Shown piece after piece: positions 29,674 to 39,122 of a stretch of DNA of 64,000 nt (the first letter of the stretch is position 1; every line of letters begins with the position of its first letter). Origin of the DNA: a virus; IMG/VR virus record IMGVR_UViG_3300005095_000015, positions 1-64,000 of that record, one strand, 5' to 3'. The position numbers and the translations under genes were made by a program. The notes beneath the pieces were generated by a model. The model did no database searches, was not told the origin of the DNA, and was given only the letters and a program-made list of their open reading frames with translations.

Positions 29674-29883
29674 ATGGGTAAAGCGAAAGAGTTATTAATT
29701 CACTTACTAGAGACAAGGAAACTCAAAGAGTTTGAAGTTATTTGTCCTAAGTGTGGTAAAGGTTTTGCGCTTTCAGAGAAAGTTCTAGATATTGATTATG
29801 AGATGCATGATGAGTGCGGCCAAGTTATTCGTGGTATAAATGTCATTTGTCCGTTTTGTAAGTACAAACAAAAGTTGATTTAG
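29674..29883 (+). CDS. Zn-ribbon protein with leader
   Basis: MGKAKELLIHLLE; CPKC, CPFC. Confidence 0.55.
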   Translation: MGKAKELLIHLLETRKLKEFEVICPKCGKGFALSEKVLDIDYEMHDECGQVIRGINVICPFCKYKQKLI

Positions 29884-29907
29884 AATATCTAAACGGAGGA
29901 GAAAGGT

Positions 29908-30543
29908 ATGAGCAAAGCCCAAAAGCTACTTGAACAGTTCAACTCTCTTATCCCCTACACCGAAGCTGATGTAGCTCAGGCTTTTAATGCTAAACTCCAG
30001 GAGCTTGGCATTGACGGAGTAACTGTTGACGAAGTGATCGTGGGTTATGAGGGGGATGTACTTGTGGAGTTTGCTGACAACGAAGGTGATGCTGTATCTG
30101 TACTCTTTGGGTATGATCCACAGGAAGGACCTTTTGCTATGGTAGTCAGCGATGATGACGAGCAAATAATCATCGACTTAAGTCCTTTAGAACCACCAAT
30201 TATCAACACTCAGACTGGAGTTTTTCTTGACCTTGTAAACCTTGACTGGGTAAACCTCAGCACTATCAAAACCTTACTCCAGGCGGGTGATGTCGGGACT
30301 AACGAAAACTTCGATCCTAACAAAGTAGATGCTATTGATGAGGTAGTTTACAAGAAGGTGATAAGGCATGGTAAGGTTGTTAAGATTCCTGTGTTGAAGA
30401 GAAAGAAAAGACATCATCTTACAGCTGCTCAGAAGAGAGCATTAGCTTTGGCAAGGAGAAAGGCACACAGTGCTGAGGCTGAGAGGAAGAGGAAAATGAG
30501 CTTGAAGGTAAGACAGAGAATGGGCTTAGATAGAAGTGCATAA
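29908..30543 (+). CDS. prohead core protein, T4 gp68-like C-terminus
   Basis: MSKAQKLLE leader; acidic body; basic tail RKRKMSLKVRQRMGL. Confidence 0.55.
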   Translation: MSKAQKLLEQFNSLIPYTEADVAQAFNAKLQELGIDGVTVDEVIVGYEGDVLVEFADNEGDAVSVLFGYDPQEGPFAMVVSDDDEQIIIDLSPLEPPIINTQTGVFLDLVNLDWVNLSTIKTLLQAGDVGTNENFDPNKVDAIDEVVYKKVIRHGKVVKIPVLKRKKRHHLTAAQKRALALARRKAHSAEAERKRKMSLKVRQRMGLDRSA

Positions 30544-30558
30544 GAAGGTGACTAAGCT

Positions 30559-30777
30559 ATGAACATAGACCACTTAACAGCCATAGCGGTACTCAGTGTA
30601 ATCCAAGCCCGTTACCGTGACAAAGCACCGCCTGACAAGGATGTTCTTGTAAACTGGCTTAAAGAGGAAGGTTCAGAGGCAACCGCAAGCTTCATCCAAG
30701 CTCTGCCTTCCTCTACCTATCGTCAGGTGTTACAAAGTATCCGCAGAGTGAAAGTAAGCGCAAGGGGCAATAGGTAA
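30559..30777 (+). CDS. hypothetical protein
   Basis: SD plus ORF. Confidence 0.5.
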   Translation: MNIDHLTAIAVLSVIQARYRDKAPPDKDVLVNWLKEEGSEATASFIQALPSSTYRQVLQSIRRVKVSARGNR

Positions 30778-30796
30778 CCTAATCATGTCATGTTTT

Positions 30797-30813
30797 CCGC
30801 TTTTCTTAGTGAA
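30797..30813 (+). promoter_or_regulatory. late-region motif B copy 2
   Basis: CCGCTTTTCTTAGTGAA, intergenic, directly before an SD. Confidence 0.6.
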
Positions 30814-30832
30814 GAGTAAGGAGGAAGTATAG

Positions 30833-31573
30833 GTGAAGTTCCAGCGCCTTGAAGACAAAAAGCTCTTCTTACTTGAGCTAGGCAGAACTGACTTGCTTGA
30901 ATCAGTAACTGATGATTGGCAACCTGATGACGAGTTAGTTGAACTGTTCCTCAAGCGCAGAAAGAAGTTGATACAAAGGCTAAAAGACTTCCGCCGTTCT
31001 CAGATACAGAAAGCAAACTGGCGCAGATATAGGTGGAAGTACCTAAAGGGCATAAGAAGGTTTCATCGTTCAACTAAAGGTAAAAGATTCCACAGAGCTT
31101 TAGGCAGGTTTTTAGCTACAAGGATTTTTAGACCAAGTGAGAGCTTAACCACATTTGAAGCCGCTGAAGCCTTAAAAGCATTGAACAGTGCAAAGACTCA
31201 TGCTTATATAGAGCTTGAGTATTACATGCCACTTGAAGATGAGCTTGACTACATTTTCTTTATTGAAGAGCTTGTTCCTATGATAGACAGAGCTGAGAAA
31301 CACCTCATTAGCAAGACTTCACTTTTAACCGAGGATAAGGTTGAGCTAAGTGATGAGGATTTTGAGTTTTTACTCAGACTCGTTGAACCAAATGCTCTTA
31401 TGAAAGCCTTGGCTGAGCAGTTGGGCAAAGAGGTTGAAGAGGTTCAGAGGCTTTGGAACAAGGCTAAGGAGATAGTTGAGAAAGAGCAAGGTAAGCGCGA
31501 AGAGGAATCAGGTTGTTATCTATCTGTAGCTCAAGTGTTTACCAAGTTAGCAGAAGGAGGTAAAGATGAGTAA
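30833..31573 (+). CDS. head-region protein with Arg/Lys-rich segment
   Basis: WRRYRWKYLKGIRRFHRSTKGKRFHR; SD AAGGAGG. Confidence 0.5.
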   Translation: MKFQRLEDKKLFLLELGRTDLLESVTDDWQPDDELVELFLKRRKKLIQRLKDFRRSQIQKANWRRYRWKYLKGIRRFHRSTKGKRFHRALGRFLATRIFRPSESLTTFEAAEALKALNSAKTHAYIELEYYMPLEDELDYIFFIEELVPMIDRAEKHLISKTSLLTEDKVELSDEDFEFLLRLVEPNALMKALAEQLGKEVEEVQRLWNKAKEIVEKEQGKREEESGCYLSVAQVFTKLAEGGKDE

Positions 31574-32474
31574 AGTAGAAGAATTACTGTCTTTAATCTT
31601 TGAACTATCTGAAAGCAAACAATCGGAAGGGTTTCCGATTGTTCAAGTAGCTGAGTTGGATTCTGGAAGCATTAGATTTCTTAGCAGTTCTGCTAGGCTC
31701 AGTGCTCCTGGCAAAGTTACTACAGTTGATACCAGCGAGTTAGAACCTTATGTTGATAAGCTTTATTATGTCACGGCTATCAAATCTGACATCTCAAAGT
31801 CAGAGTTAGCGAAGAAGATCCTTGAGGAAGCAAAATACTTTTTCATTCCTGGGTCCAAAGAAGGAAAAGGTCAAGTATTTTGTTTTGGTGAAATGGAAGA
31901 TGTTAAGTATAAGAAGATAAACACAAATCTTGGTATAATTATAGAGAAGTTCCAGAAAGAAAAAGACGGGCTCAAGCTTTCATTCTCCCTTTTGAAAACA
32001 AAAGCCACAATCTATAGGATTGACGATATCTACAATCACCTTGCTTTCTGGGCAAACCTAAGAGATGTTTTTAAGTTATGTAGAATAAGCAATTGGAAGG
32101 AACTTTACGACCAGAAAGTTGCAGAGTTCCAGAAAGAGATAAAGAAATCCCAAAAGAAAACCAAAAAGAAGAAGAAGGGAGGCAAAGTCCTTTGCTACAA
32201 ACTAATTCAAATCAAAGGGTTCAGTGATTTGAAAAAAGTTGATTATGATTGGATGGAAGACGAGGGAGTCGATTGGACAGATCTTATAGATTGTTGGGTG
32301 GAGGCTCCTAACGAGATGCGTACCATAGATACAAGAAAAGCAAAAGCAGTTAAAGTTACCTACGCTTACTACGATAACAGGGCAGATGCAATTGGTAAAG
32401 TTGAAGTTACTGCGTACAAGAAAGGTTCAAGTTACTACATTCCTGTAGAGACAGTTGATAACATAACTGGGTAG
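31566..32474 (+). CDS. putative internal head protein (leader family)
   Basis: MSKVEELLSLIFELSES leader. Confidence 0.45.
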   Translation: MSKVEELLSLIFELSESKQSEGFPIVQVAELDSGSIRFLSSSARLSAPGKVTTVDTSELEPYVDKLYYVTAIKSDISKSELAKKILEEAKYFFIPGSKEGKGQVFCFGEMEDVKYKKINTNLGIIIEKFQKEKDGLKLSFSLLKTKATIYRIDDIYNHLAFWANLRDVFKLCRISNWKELYDQKVAEFQKEIKKSQKKTKKKKKGGKVLCYKLIQIKGFSDLKKVDYDWMEDEGVDWTDLIDCWVEAPNEMRTIDTRKAKAVKVTYAYYDNRADAIGKVEVTAYKKGSSYYIPVETVDNITG

Positions 32475-32488
32475 GACTGGAGGAAGTG

Positions 32489-32764
32489 ATGAGTAAAGCT
32501 AAAGAGCTACTTGAATCGATCAGCCGATTGAAACTAAGTCGTGATTTTGAGCTTGATATTGAGGAGTTGTTGAAAGACTTAGCAGACGACACTGTTGATG
32601 AGCTAAAGCATCAAGAGTTACTTGATGATAACTCAGTAGACGAAATGGATCTTGAAAAAGCTTTTGAAGAGGTAATAAGAGACAACACTGAAAAAATAAC
32701 CAAAACTTTACTGAAAGGCGTCATCGAAATTTTATCGTCTGAGTACAAGATCAAGGTGGAGTAA
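32489..32764 (+). CDS. acidic putative internal head protein (leader family)
   Basis: MSKAKELLESI leader. Confidence 0.45.
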   Translation: MSKAKELLESISRLKLSRDFELDIEELLKDLADDTVDELKHQELLDDNSVDEMDLEKAFEEVIRDNTEKITKTLLKGVIEILSSEYKIKVE

Positions 32765-32794
32765 AACATTAAGATAGAGATAGAGGGTAAAGCA

Positions 32795-34141
32795 ATGGCT
32801 GAGCGTTTAATTGACATCTTCCAACCAGAGATCAACTTTACGGTTGAGGAAGCCAGAGGCGAGGTTGACGGTAAGCACATACTTGCTAAGGTGAAGGGGC
32901 AGTTCTTTGTTCCTGAAGGTGTTTCTCGCAATCGTCGTTACTACTCAAAACGCCTCTGGGAGAAGGCAATAGCAAAGGTAAAGCCTAAACTAGAGAACAG
33001 AACCTTGTTTGGTACTATTGGGCATGAGCAGGAACTTACTGACACAGCTTTACTTGAAGGTAAAGTGAGTCACATCGTTACCAACCTTTATATTGATGAG
33101 AAGGGGAGAGGTATTGGTGAGGCTCTTATCCTTAACACACCAGCTGGACGCATCCTAAACACCTTACTCAGGGCAGGTTCAAAGCTTTATGTTTCAAGCA
33201 GAGCTGAGGGTAAGTATAGTGGAACTAAAAATGGTGTTCCAGCTGTTGATGAGGATGCATACGACTTGAAAGGTTTTGACTTTGTTATAGATCCTGGCTT
33301 TCTTGAGGCTCAGCCCACTTTGGTTGAGTCTTTACAGAAGGATCTAAGTTACTGTTTTCCAAATCTTTGCAGAACCAAAGACGAAAAACAATCTGAAGGA
33401 GGTAGTGAAATGCCTGACACCGCATTACTCGAAGCTAAGGTTAGGGAGAATTTAAAGCTACAGGAAGACTTGAACAAGGCTTTAGAGCAGCTTGAGGAAC
33501 TCAAGAAGCAAGTTGCAGTGCTTGAGAGCAAGAACAAAGAGCTTGAGAAAGAGGCTGAAGTGAAGAAAGAACTCGAAGCAAAGGTAAAAGAACTCTCTGA
33601 CAAGCTTGAAGCTTACGAGAAGCTTGGCTCTGTTGATGAGTTAAGCAAAGCACTTGACGAAGCTAAGAAAGCTTTAGAAGCTTATAAAGAACTCGGTACT
33701 CCAGAGGAGATACAGGAAGCATTAGACAAGGCAAAAGAAGCACTTGAGGCTTACAAGGAACTTGGCTCACCTGAAGAGCTTGATGAGGCTATAGAGAAGG
33801 CAAGGGAGTTGCTTGAGAAGTACAAAGAACTCGGTACTCCAGAGGAGATAGAACAGGTATTTGAAAAGGCCGAGGTTCTTATCTCTGAGTCTCTTGAAGC
33901 AGCTAAGGAGAAGAAGATTGAAGAGCTGGCCAATGAGCTCGGTGTGGCTAAGGAGATGGTTGCTAAAGTGTATGACAAGATGAGTGAGGGAGAGATTAGA
34001 GAGTTTTTCAAAGAGTTTTCTGAGCATCTCAAGATAAAGGAAAAGTACGAAAAGAAAGACGAAAGCAAAGAGCACGAGCCAGCAAAGAAACCTTTATGGG
34101 AGAGCAGAGGCGAAAGACTTTTGTCTTATTTCAGCAAGTAA
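32795..34141 (+). CDS. prohead protease (T4 gp21-like) fused to coiled-coil scaffold
   Basis: SRNRRYY, GTIGH, VSH, NTPAGRIL, VSSRAEG, FDFVIDPG; repetitive helical C-terminal half. Confidence 0.85.
   Translation: MAERLIDIFQPEINFTVEEARGEVDGKHILAKVKGQFFVPEGVSRNRRYYSKRLWEKAIAKVKPKLENRTLFGTIGHEQELTDTALLEGKVSHIVTNLYIDEKGRGIGEALILNTPAGRILNTLLRAGSKLYVSSRAEGKYSGTKNGVPAVDEDAYDLKGFDFVIDPGFLEAQPTLVESLQKDLSYCFPNLCRTKDEKQSEGGSEMPDTALLEAKVRENLKLQEDLNKALEQLEELKKQVAVLESKNKELEKEAEVKKELEAKVKELSDKLEAYEKLGSVDELSKALDEAKKALEAYKELGTPEEIQEALDKAKEALEAYKELGSPEELDEAIEKARELLEKYKELGTPEEIEQVFEKAEVLISESLEAAKEKKIEELANELGVAKEMVAKVYDKMSEGEIREFFKEFSEHLKIKEKYEKKDESKEHEPAKKPLWESRGERLLSYFSK
33410..34141 (+). CDS. nested in-frame scaffold protein from an internal start
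   Basis: AAGGAGGT followed by in-frame ATG at 33410 (MPDTALLEAK). Confidence 0.65.
   Translation: MPDTALLEAKVRENLKLQEDLNKALEQLEELKKQVAVLESKNKELEKEAEVKKELEAKVKELSDKLEAYEKLGSVDELSKALDEAKKALEAYKELGTPEEIQEALDKAKEALEAYKELGSPEELDEAIEKARELLEKYKELGTPEEIEQVFEKAEVLISESLEAAKEKKIEELANELGVAKEMVAKVYDKMSEGEIREFFKEFSEHLKIKEKYEKKDESKEHEPAKKPLWESRGERLLSYFSK
33608..33883 (+). repeat. four 69-bp (23-aa) scaffold repeats
   Basis: EAYKELGTPEEIQEALDKAKEAL-type units; exact 27-bp match between 33686 and 33824. Confidence 0.85.
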
Positions 34142-34156
34142 GAGTGGAGGTAGACG

Positions 34157-34507
34157 ATGAGTAAGGCTAAGAAGTTACTGGAGTTAATAGAGGGGTTATC
34201 TGAGAGTGAGAAAGTGGAATTAACCTTTTGGCGTTTATTGGAAGTAACTACTCCTGACGGTGTGCAGGTTGTCTTAGCAGTATACCGAGACAAACAAGGT
34301 AACAAGTATCTAAGCTGTTGTGGATGGGGTACGGACGAAGGTTACAAGCTAAGAAACGATTATCCTGAAGTCGAAGTAGTTTATGACGGCAAAGATGCTG
34401 ACGGTGACGATCTTTACAAAGGAGAGAAAGGTATCTACTTTTCTAAGGTGAAAGATCCAAGGAAAGCAGCTAAGGAAGCCTTTGGTGGAAAGGCTAAGTA
34501 TCTTTAG
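34157..34507 (+). CDS. putative internal head protein (leader family)
   Basis: MSKAKKLLELIEGLSES leader. Confidence 0.45.
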   Translation: MSKAKKLLELIEGLSESEKVELTFWRLLEVTTPDGVQVVLAVYRDKQGNKYLSCCGWGTDEGYKLRNDYPEVEVVYDGKDADGDDLYKGEKGIYFSKVKDPRKAAKEAFGGKAKYL

Positions 34508-34586
34508 TTAGACTGCCTCCCTGCACTTCAGGGACTGAGCAGAGAACTTCAATCCAAAACTAAGACTTGAGAGGAGGTTGTTAGCA

Positions 34587-35993
34587 ATGGCTGACATGGT
34601 AGAAAGCAGAGTTAAGAAGATGGAACAGGAGGCAGAGATACTCTACGAGCGTTATCGTCCACAGATGGACTTGTTTGAAAAATCCATTGTAGCTCAACTC
34701 AGAGGAGGTTTACAGCCTTACGATGTGTACGCATTAGGAAAGCAACTCGAGGCATTCGATGTTTACAAGCAAATTTGTGAAGAGGACGGTAATGTTAATC
34801 AGCTTGGTAGAATTCCTGACATTGCTTACGATGTCATCACAGTGGCTTACGGAACATCTGTAATACCTGTTATTGCTTCTGTTCAGCCTGTGGATGACGA
34901 GAGAGGAACTGTATACTTCAAGAATGTAAAGGCTGGAACTACGAAGGGTGCAGTAACTGAAGGTGAGACCTTAGCGTCTCCGACTTCTGGTGCAACTACG
35001 CCTTCTGGTTATGCTTCTAACTACATTGAGGGTGAGGTTGTAGGAACTGGAGATACCGCTGGAACCACAACCTTCAGTGCAACCTTAGCACAGGCACCTG
35101 TTAGGTCTCAGACTGTAAAGGTAACTGTTTCTGGAGTTGCTAATGTCTTTGGACAGGATGATGGAAACGGAAACATCATAGGTGCAGGTGTAAGTGGTAC
35201 TATTGATTACACTACTGGTGCAATTACTCTTAACTTCCTCAATGCTCCACCTGCAGGAGCACAGATTCTTGTAAGCTATCAGACCAACTACGAGCTCGCA
35301 GAGGACATTCCTTCCATCTCCACATTCTGGGACAGCACTTCTATAATGGCAAGGGTCTATGCACTCAAAGGTACAATTGGAATGCTCCAGAGCTTCGGAA
35401 TGAGAAAGAGGTTTGGAATTGTTGCTGAGGACGAGCTTGCAAAAGACCTTGTTGCAGAGATCAATGCAGAGGTAGGAGGAGACCTCATCAGAAAGCTCAA
35501 TGCAAACGCACCTGGGTCTGTAACCTGGAGCAAAACTCCTCCAGCCGGTGTTTCCTACTATGAGCATAAGCAGACCTTTAAGGATGCATTAGCAGATGTT
35601 GAGTCTACCTTAGTTGGACAGGCTGGAAGAGGTGTGATTAGTACTCTTATCGCTGGAAGAAATGTGGCTGCAGTAATTCAGACTTTACCTGGATTTACTA
35701 AACTTACTGATGGTTCCACAATAGGTGCACACATCTTTGGAACGCTTGACGGAATGACAGTGGTAAGAGTAACTGATGCATCTGTGCTTGATCCTAATAG
35801 AGCAATTGCAATCTATAAGGGAGCTAACCCATTTGAGGCTGCAGGAGTGTATGCTCCTTATATGCCACTTACAGTAACTACAACCTTACCTGCAGGAAAG
35901 AATCCTCTTGGTAACCAGAGAGCTGCTGCTGTTTGGGCTGGTGTTGAGGTGCTCGTACAGAACTTTGTTGTTGCTCTTGTTATGACTTCTTAA
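34587..35993 (+). CDS. major capsid protein (T4 gp23-like) with inserted beta domain
   Basis: SVQPV, LVAEINAEV, GVYAPYMPL motifs; SD GAGGAGG before ATG 34587; followed by a terminator. Confidence 0.88.
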   Translation: MADMVESRVKKMEQEAEILYERYRPQMDLFEKSIVAQLRGGLQPYDVYALGKQLEAFDVYKQICEEDGNVNQLGRIPDIAYDVITVAYGTSVIPVIASVQPVDDERGTVYFKNVKAGTTKGAVTEGETLASPTSGATTPSGYASNYIEGEVVGTGDTAGTTTFSATLAQAPVRSQTVKVTVSGVANVFGQDDGNGNIIGAGVSGTIDYTTGAITLNFLNAPPAGAQILVSYQTNYELAEDIPSISTFWDSTSIMARVYALKGTIGMLQSFGMRKRFGIVAEDELAKDLVAEINAEVGGDLIRKLNANAPGSVTWSKTPPAGVSYYEHKQTFKDALADVESTLVGQAGRGVISTLIAGRNVAAVIQTLPGFTKLTDGSTIGAHIFGTLDGMTVVRVTDASVLDPNRAIAIYKGANPFEAAGVYAPYMPLTVTTTLPAGKNPLGNQRAAAVWAGVEVLVQNFVVALVMTS

Positions 35994-36003
35994 TTCCTGA
36001 CTT

Positions 36004-36037
36004 AACCCAGCCTGCCTAAAGTGGCGGGCTGGGTTTT
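36004..36037 (+). terminator. Rho-independent terminator after the capsid gene
   Basis: AACCCAGCCTGCC-TAAAGT-GGCGGGCTGGGTT followed by TT. Confidence 0.85.
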
Positions 36038-36070
36038 ATGTGTTTACTCCAGCTATCTAAGGAGGTTACA

Positions 36071-36448
36071 ATGGCAAAGGTTAGAATTGTAAACAACACC
36101 AAAGGGCCTATCAGGATTAATAAGGTTGGGCGTTCTCCTCTGATTATTAGCCCAGGTGAGATGGTGGTAGATGTTAGTGTACTAGGACCTTACAATGACG
36201 CTCTTCTAGTTTGGCAAAAGGCAGGGGTTATACAGATTTTACCTGTTGAGGAAGAGATTGAGAAGTCAGCAGAAGTTAAAGTAAAAGAAGTGCCTACAAA
36301 GGTTGAAGCTGAAGCAGATGAAAAGGCAGAACAATCTGTAGCTGAAGAGCAAGAAGTAAAAGAAGAAGTTAAACCTGAAGAGGATAAAGAGGAAAAGAAG
36401 GAAAAACCTAAGAAGCGTGTAGTAAAACGCTCTAAGCGTAATAGATAA
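36071..36448 (+). CDS. hypothetical virion-region protein with E/K-rich tail
   Basis: SD AAGGAGG before ATG 36071. Confidence 0.55.
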   Translation: MAKVRIVNNTKGPIRINKVGRSPLIISPGEMVVDVSVLGPYNDALLVWQKAGVIQILPVEEEIEKSAEVKVKEVPTKVEAEADEKAEQSVAEEQEVKEEVKPEEDKEEKKEKPKKRVVKRSKRNR

Positions 36449-36462
36449 AAGGGTAAAGCGAA

Positions 36463-37095
36463 ATGATCCCCCTTACCGAACTTTGGGAAAGATTATTAGA
36501 TGAGTCAGGACAGTACTTGTATGAGAACTTACCTGACACTACCTACGATCCAGCTAAGTTTGAACCTTTTGTTAAACGGGTTCTGTCAATCTACAGCCAG
36601 TACCGTCCTATAGAGAGAACCTTCAATATAAGTGTAACAAACTTAAAGTTCGACTTTACTGATCACACTTACGGCGTACCTGAGTGGATCTCCAGAGCAG
36701 TTTGCGTTAGTTTTCCTTACGCACCGTTGCTTTGGAATATGCAAAAGAGCCCGGTAAGCCAACCACCTGAAATGCCTTGGACTTACAGAAAACCTATACT
36801 TTACACCTCAGCAAATGGAGAGTTTGAGGTCACAGCAGTCTATCACCACAGCATAGAGCAAGATACAGCTGGTAACTATTACTTACCAACCATAGACTAC
36901 AATGATGATTTATTCTTCAAACTCCTACTCGGTAAGTTTTTACAGAAGTTAGGTAGGTCAAGAAAAGCTTTCACCTTAAACGACTTACCCATAGCTTCAG
37001 ATGCTGCTGATTTGGTAAGTGATGGTAGAGATTTGGAGCAGGAAGCATTGCAAGAGCTCGGTGAGCTTAGCAAGTGGTATTTAGCGTGGGGTTAA
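36463..37095 (+). CDS. putative head-tail adaptor (neck) protein
   Basis: Position; C-terminal DAADLVSDGRDLEQEA resembles adaptor proteins. Confidence 0.5.
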   Translation: MIPLTELWERLLDESGQYLYENLPDTTYDPAKFEPFVKRVLSIYSQYRPIERTFNISVTNLKFDFTDHTYGVPEWISRAVCVSFPYAPLLWNMQKSPVSQPPEMPWTYRKPILYTSANGEFEVTAVYHHSIEQDTAGNYYLPTIDYNDDLFFKLLLGKFLQKLGRSRKAFTLNDLPIASDAADLVSDGRDLEQEALQELGELSKWYLAWG

Positions 37096-37101
37096 GGTTA
37101 A

Positions 37102-37848
37102 ATGCATGCAAAAGAGGTTTTAGCATTGGTAGAAGCAATAAAACCTAAACTTACTCTTTACGATCTGTATAAAAATACAGCTGAGTTTCAAAGAAGACAG
37201 CCTTCACGGATAGGAAGAGTTCCTCCGCCTCATCAGGAGCTAAGGATACTTGAATGGAGTGTAGTTCCTTTTGTGGGAACTAAAAGCTTGCTTGTTACAG
37301 CATTGGTTGAGCCAGGAACTCCAGGAAGACTTCCCAAAAAAGCAATCATCAAGTTTTACAATGTTGAATTTGCTGAAAATCCTGCTGAGGTAAGGCACGA
37401 TCCCGACTGGTATAACTTTGTGAGCTATGTGAAGATTCCTGTTAGAACAGGTGGCTTTGTTACTGAGCCGCAGGAAGTAGCTTTCAAAAAGATAAATGCT
37501 AAGTGGTGTCCAGTACAGGTTAGATGTAACTGTGAAGATTTTTACTTCAGGTTTGGTTGGTACTTGAAAGAGTTTGGTTCTTTTTATGGTAAAGGACCTA
37601 AACCTTACCAGAGGAAAACTACCTGGTGGCCGTCTCAGAACAGATATCACATACCTGCAATGTGCAAGCATCTATGGAACCTAGCTAGGGCTTTAGAAAG
37701 AGCAGGTGTACTTTATGGGTTACCACCAATTAGACACAATGCGCCACCACCTAATGTAAGCAAGCCTACTACGGGTGGTAAGGTTGAAATGAGTGCACAA
37801 GCGTTTGTTAAGTTTATGCAGAAGATTTTAAGCGGAGATGTTAAGTAA
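37102..37848 (+). CDS. SWIM-type zinc finger protein with leader
   Basis: VRCNCEDF...MCKH; N-terminus MHAKEVLALVEA. Confidence 0.6.
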   Translation: MHAKEVLALVEAIKPKLTLYDLYKNTAEFQRRQPSRIGRVPPPHQELRILEWSVVPFVGTKSLLVTALVEPGTPGRLPKKAIIKFYNVEFAENPAEVRHDPDWYNFVSYVKIPVRTGGFVTEPQEVAFKKINAKWCPVQVRCNCEDFYFRFGWYLKEFGSFYGKGPKPYQRKTTWWPSQNRYHIPAMCKHLWNLARALERAGVLYGLPPIRHNAPPPNVSKPTTGGKVEMSAQAFVKFMQKILSGDVK

Positions 37849-38252
37849 TGAGTGTTCTAGATGTGCTTGAGAATTACTTAGAGATAGTAAGCAATGTTCT
37901 TACTAATACTTTTGGCAAGGTTTACGGAGTAGATTTTGAGCTGTATAGAGCTGATCCAGTTGATCCTTATACAGTATATGGAGCTGATCCCGATGAAACT
38001 TCTTACAACCTTGTTACGACTGCTAAGGGAATACTTGTTCCTGCTTATGGCTTCGTTGATTATTCAAGTGAGGAAGCTGGTGTACTTGACGAGGCTTATC
38101 TCTATGCATCTGAAAACCTACAGCCTGGTGATATTGTGAAAATCCTGCGAAGTGATACAGCGACAAAGCGCTATAGGGTCTACGCAATGGAAGCTATTGG
38201 TATCACATCTCCTGTGATAAAGAGGTATAGGTTGAGACCTTTGGTGGATTAG
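37848..38252 (+). CDS. putative head closure protein
   Basis: Position and size; LQPGDIV beta pattern. Confidence 0.45.
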   Translation: MSVLDVLENYLEIVSNVLTNTFGKVYGVDFELYRADPVDPYTVYGADPDETSYNLVTTAKGILVPAYGFVDYSSEEAGVLDEAYLYASENLQPGDIVKILRSDTATKRYRVYAMEAIGITSPVIKRYRLRPLVD

Positions 38253-38256
38253 CACT

Positions 38257-38892
38257 ATGGCTGCAACTGTTGCGTATGTAATGAAACATTGGGCAGATCT
38301 GGTTGCTGAGGTTGAAGGTGTTAAAGTGCTCTATGCTCCTGACCTTAGCCTGCCTGATCCTATAAAGAGTGTTCGCAGGTTGCAGGTTAAGACTATTGCT
38401 GGTGTACCTATGCTCAGCGGCGGTGAACCTTTTATCGTTTTTTCGAGGAGACCTCTTACAACCAGCGATACAGCACAACCAAGAATATTCAAGGTGAGTG
38501 GTCCTGTTGACACCACAGGAAGTGTTGCTATCTACAAAGCAAAGATGGCAAGCTGTGATTTTCAGTGCCTTTATCTTAGCAAAGACATTCGCAAAGTTGA
38601 AGAGTTTGAGCTTAAGTACATCACTCAGTCAGGCATAACTGAGAAAATGACAATGGAAGTCGATTACGGAGATCCAATAGGTATTATCAACTACAGCTTG
38701 CAATGGAAGGAGATTGACGATTTGCAGATCACAGGTGATGGGTTAGATGTAAAAGCTTTGAGTTTTACCTGTACGGTAAGCGGTTGGTTTGTATCGGCTC
38801 CAGTTGATACAGGTAAGATAATAACTGAAATTGATATATTTTACAAAGACTATGTAACTGAAATTGACATAGACTACGACATAGTCACTTAG
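38257..38892 (+). CDS. putative tail terminator/completion protein
   Basis: Position before the sheath gene; FTCTVSGW C-terminal strand. Confidence 0.45.
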   Translation: MAATVAYVMKHWADLVAEVEGVKVLYAPDLSLPDPIKSVRRLQVKTIAGVPMLSGGEPFIVFSRRPLTTSDTAQPRIFKVSGPVDTTGSVAIYKAKMASCDFQCLYLSKDIRKVEEFELKYITQSGITEKMTMEVDYGDPIGIINYSLQWKEIDDLQITGDGLDVKALSFTCTVSGWFVSAPVDTGKIITEIDIFYKDYVTEIDIDYDIVT

Positions 38893-38905
38893 AGGAGGAG
38901 AGCTG

Positions 38906-39100
38906 ATGGCTAAAAAGAAGGCAAGAAAAGCCAAAGAAGTCAAACCTATAGTTCTCGTTTCAAGAGTAGATTACCCAATCAGATTATCACTTTCTGATGG
39001 AACTGCACTTATGCTCTCTCCAAGAGCAAAGGTAACACTTCCCAAGGGCACTGAACCTGCAGGGGAGTTACCAAGTGGTGTGATCAAGCTGAATGTGTAA
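38906..39100 (+). CDS. small hypothetical protein before the sheath gene
   Basis: SD GAGGAG. Confidence 0.55.
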   Translation: MAKKKARKAKEVKPIVLVSRVDYPIRLSLSDGTALMLSPRAKVTLPKGTEPAGELPSGVIKLNV

Positions 39101-39122
39101 AACTTAGGTGGAGGTGAAAGAT

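Noticed and set aside
34436-34455. CTACTTTTCTAAGGTGAAAG upstream of the capsid gene as another motif B copy
   Set aside because: It needs a gap and several mismatches; not supportable without a weight matrix
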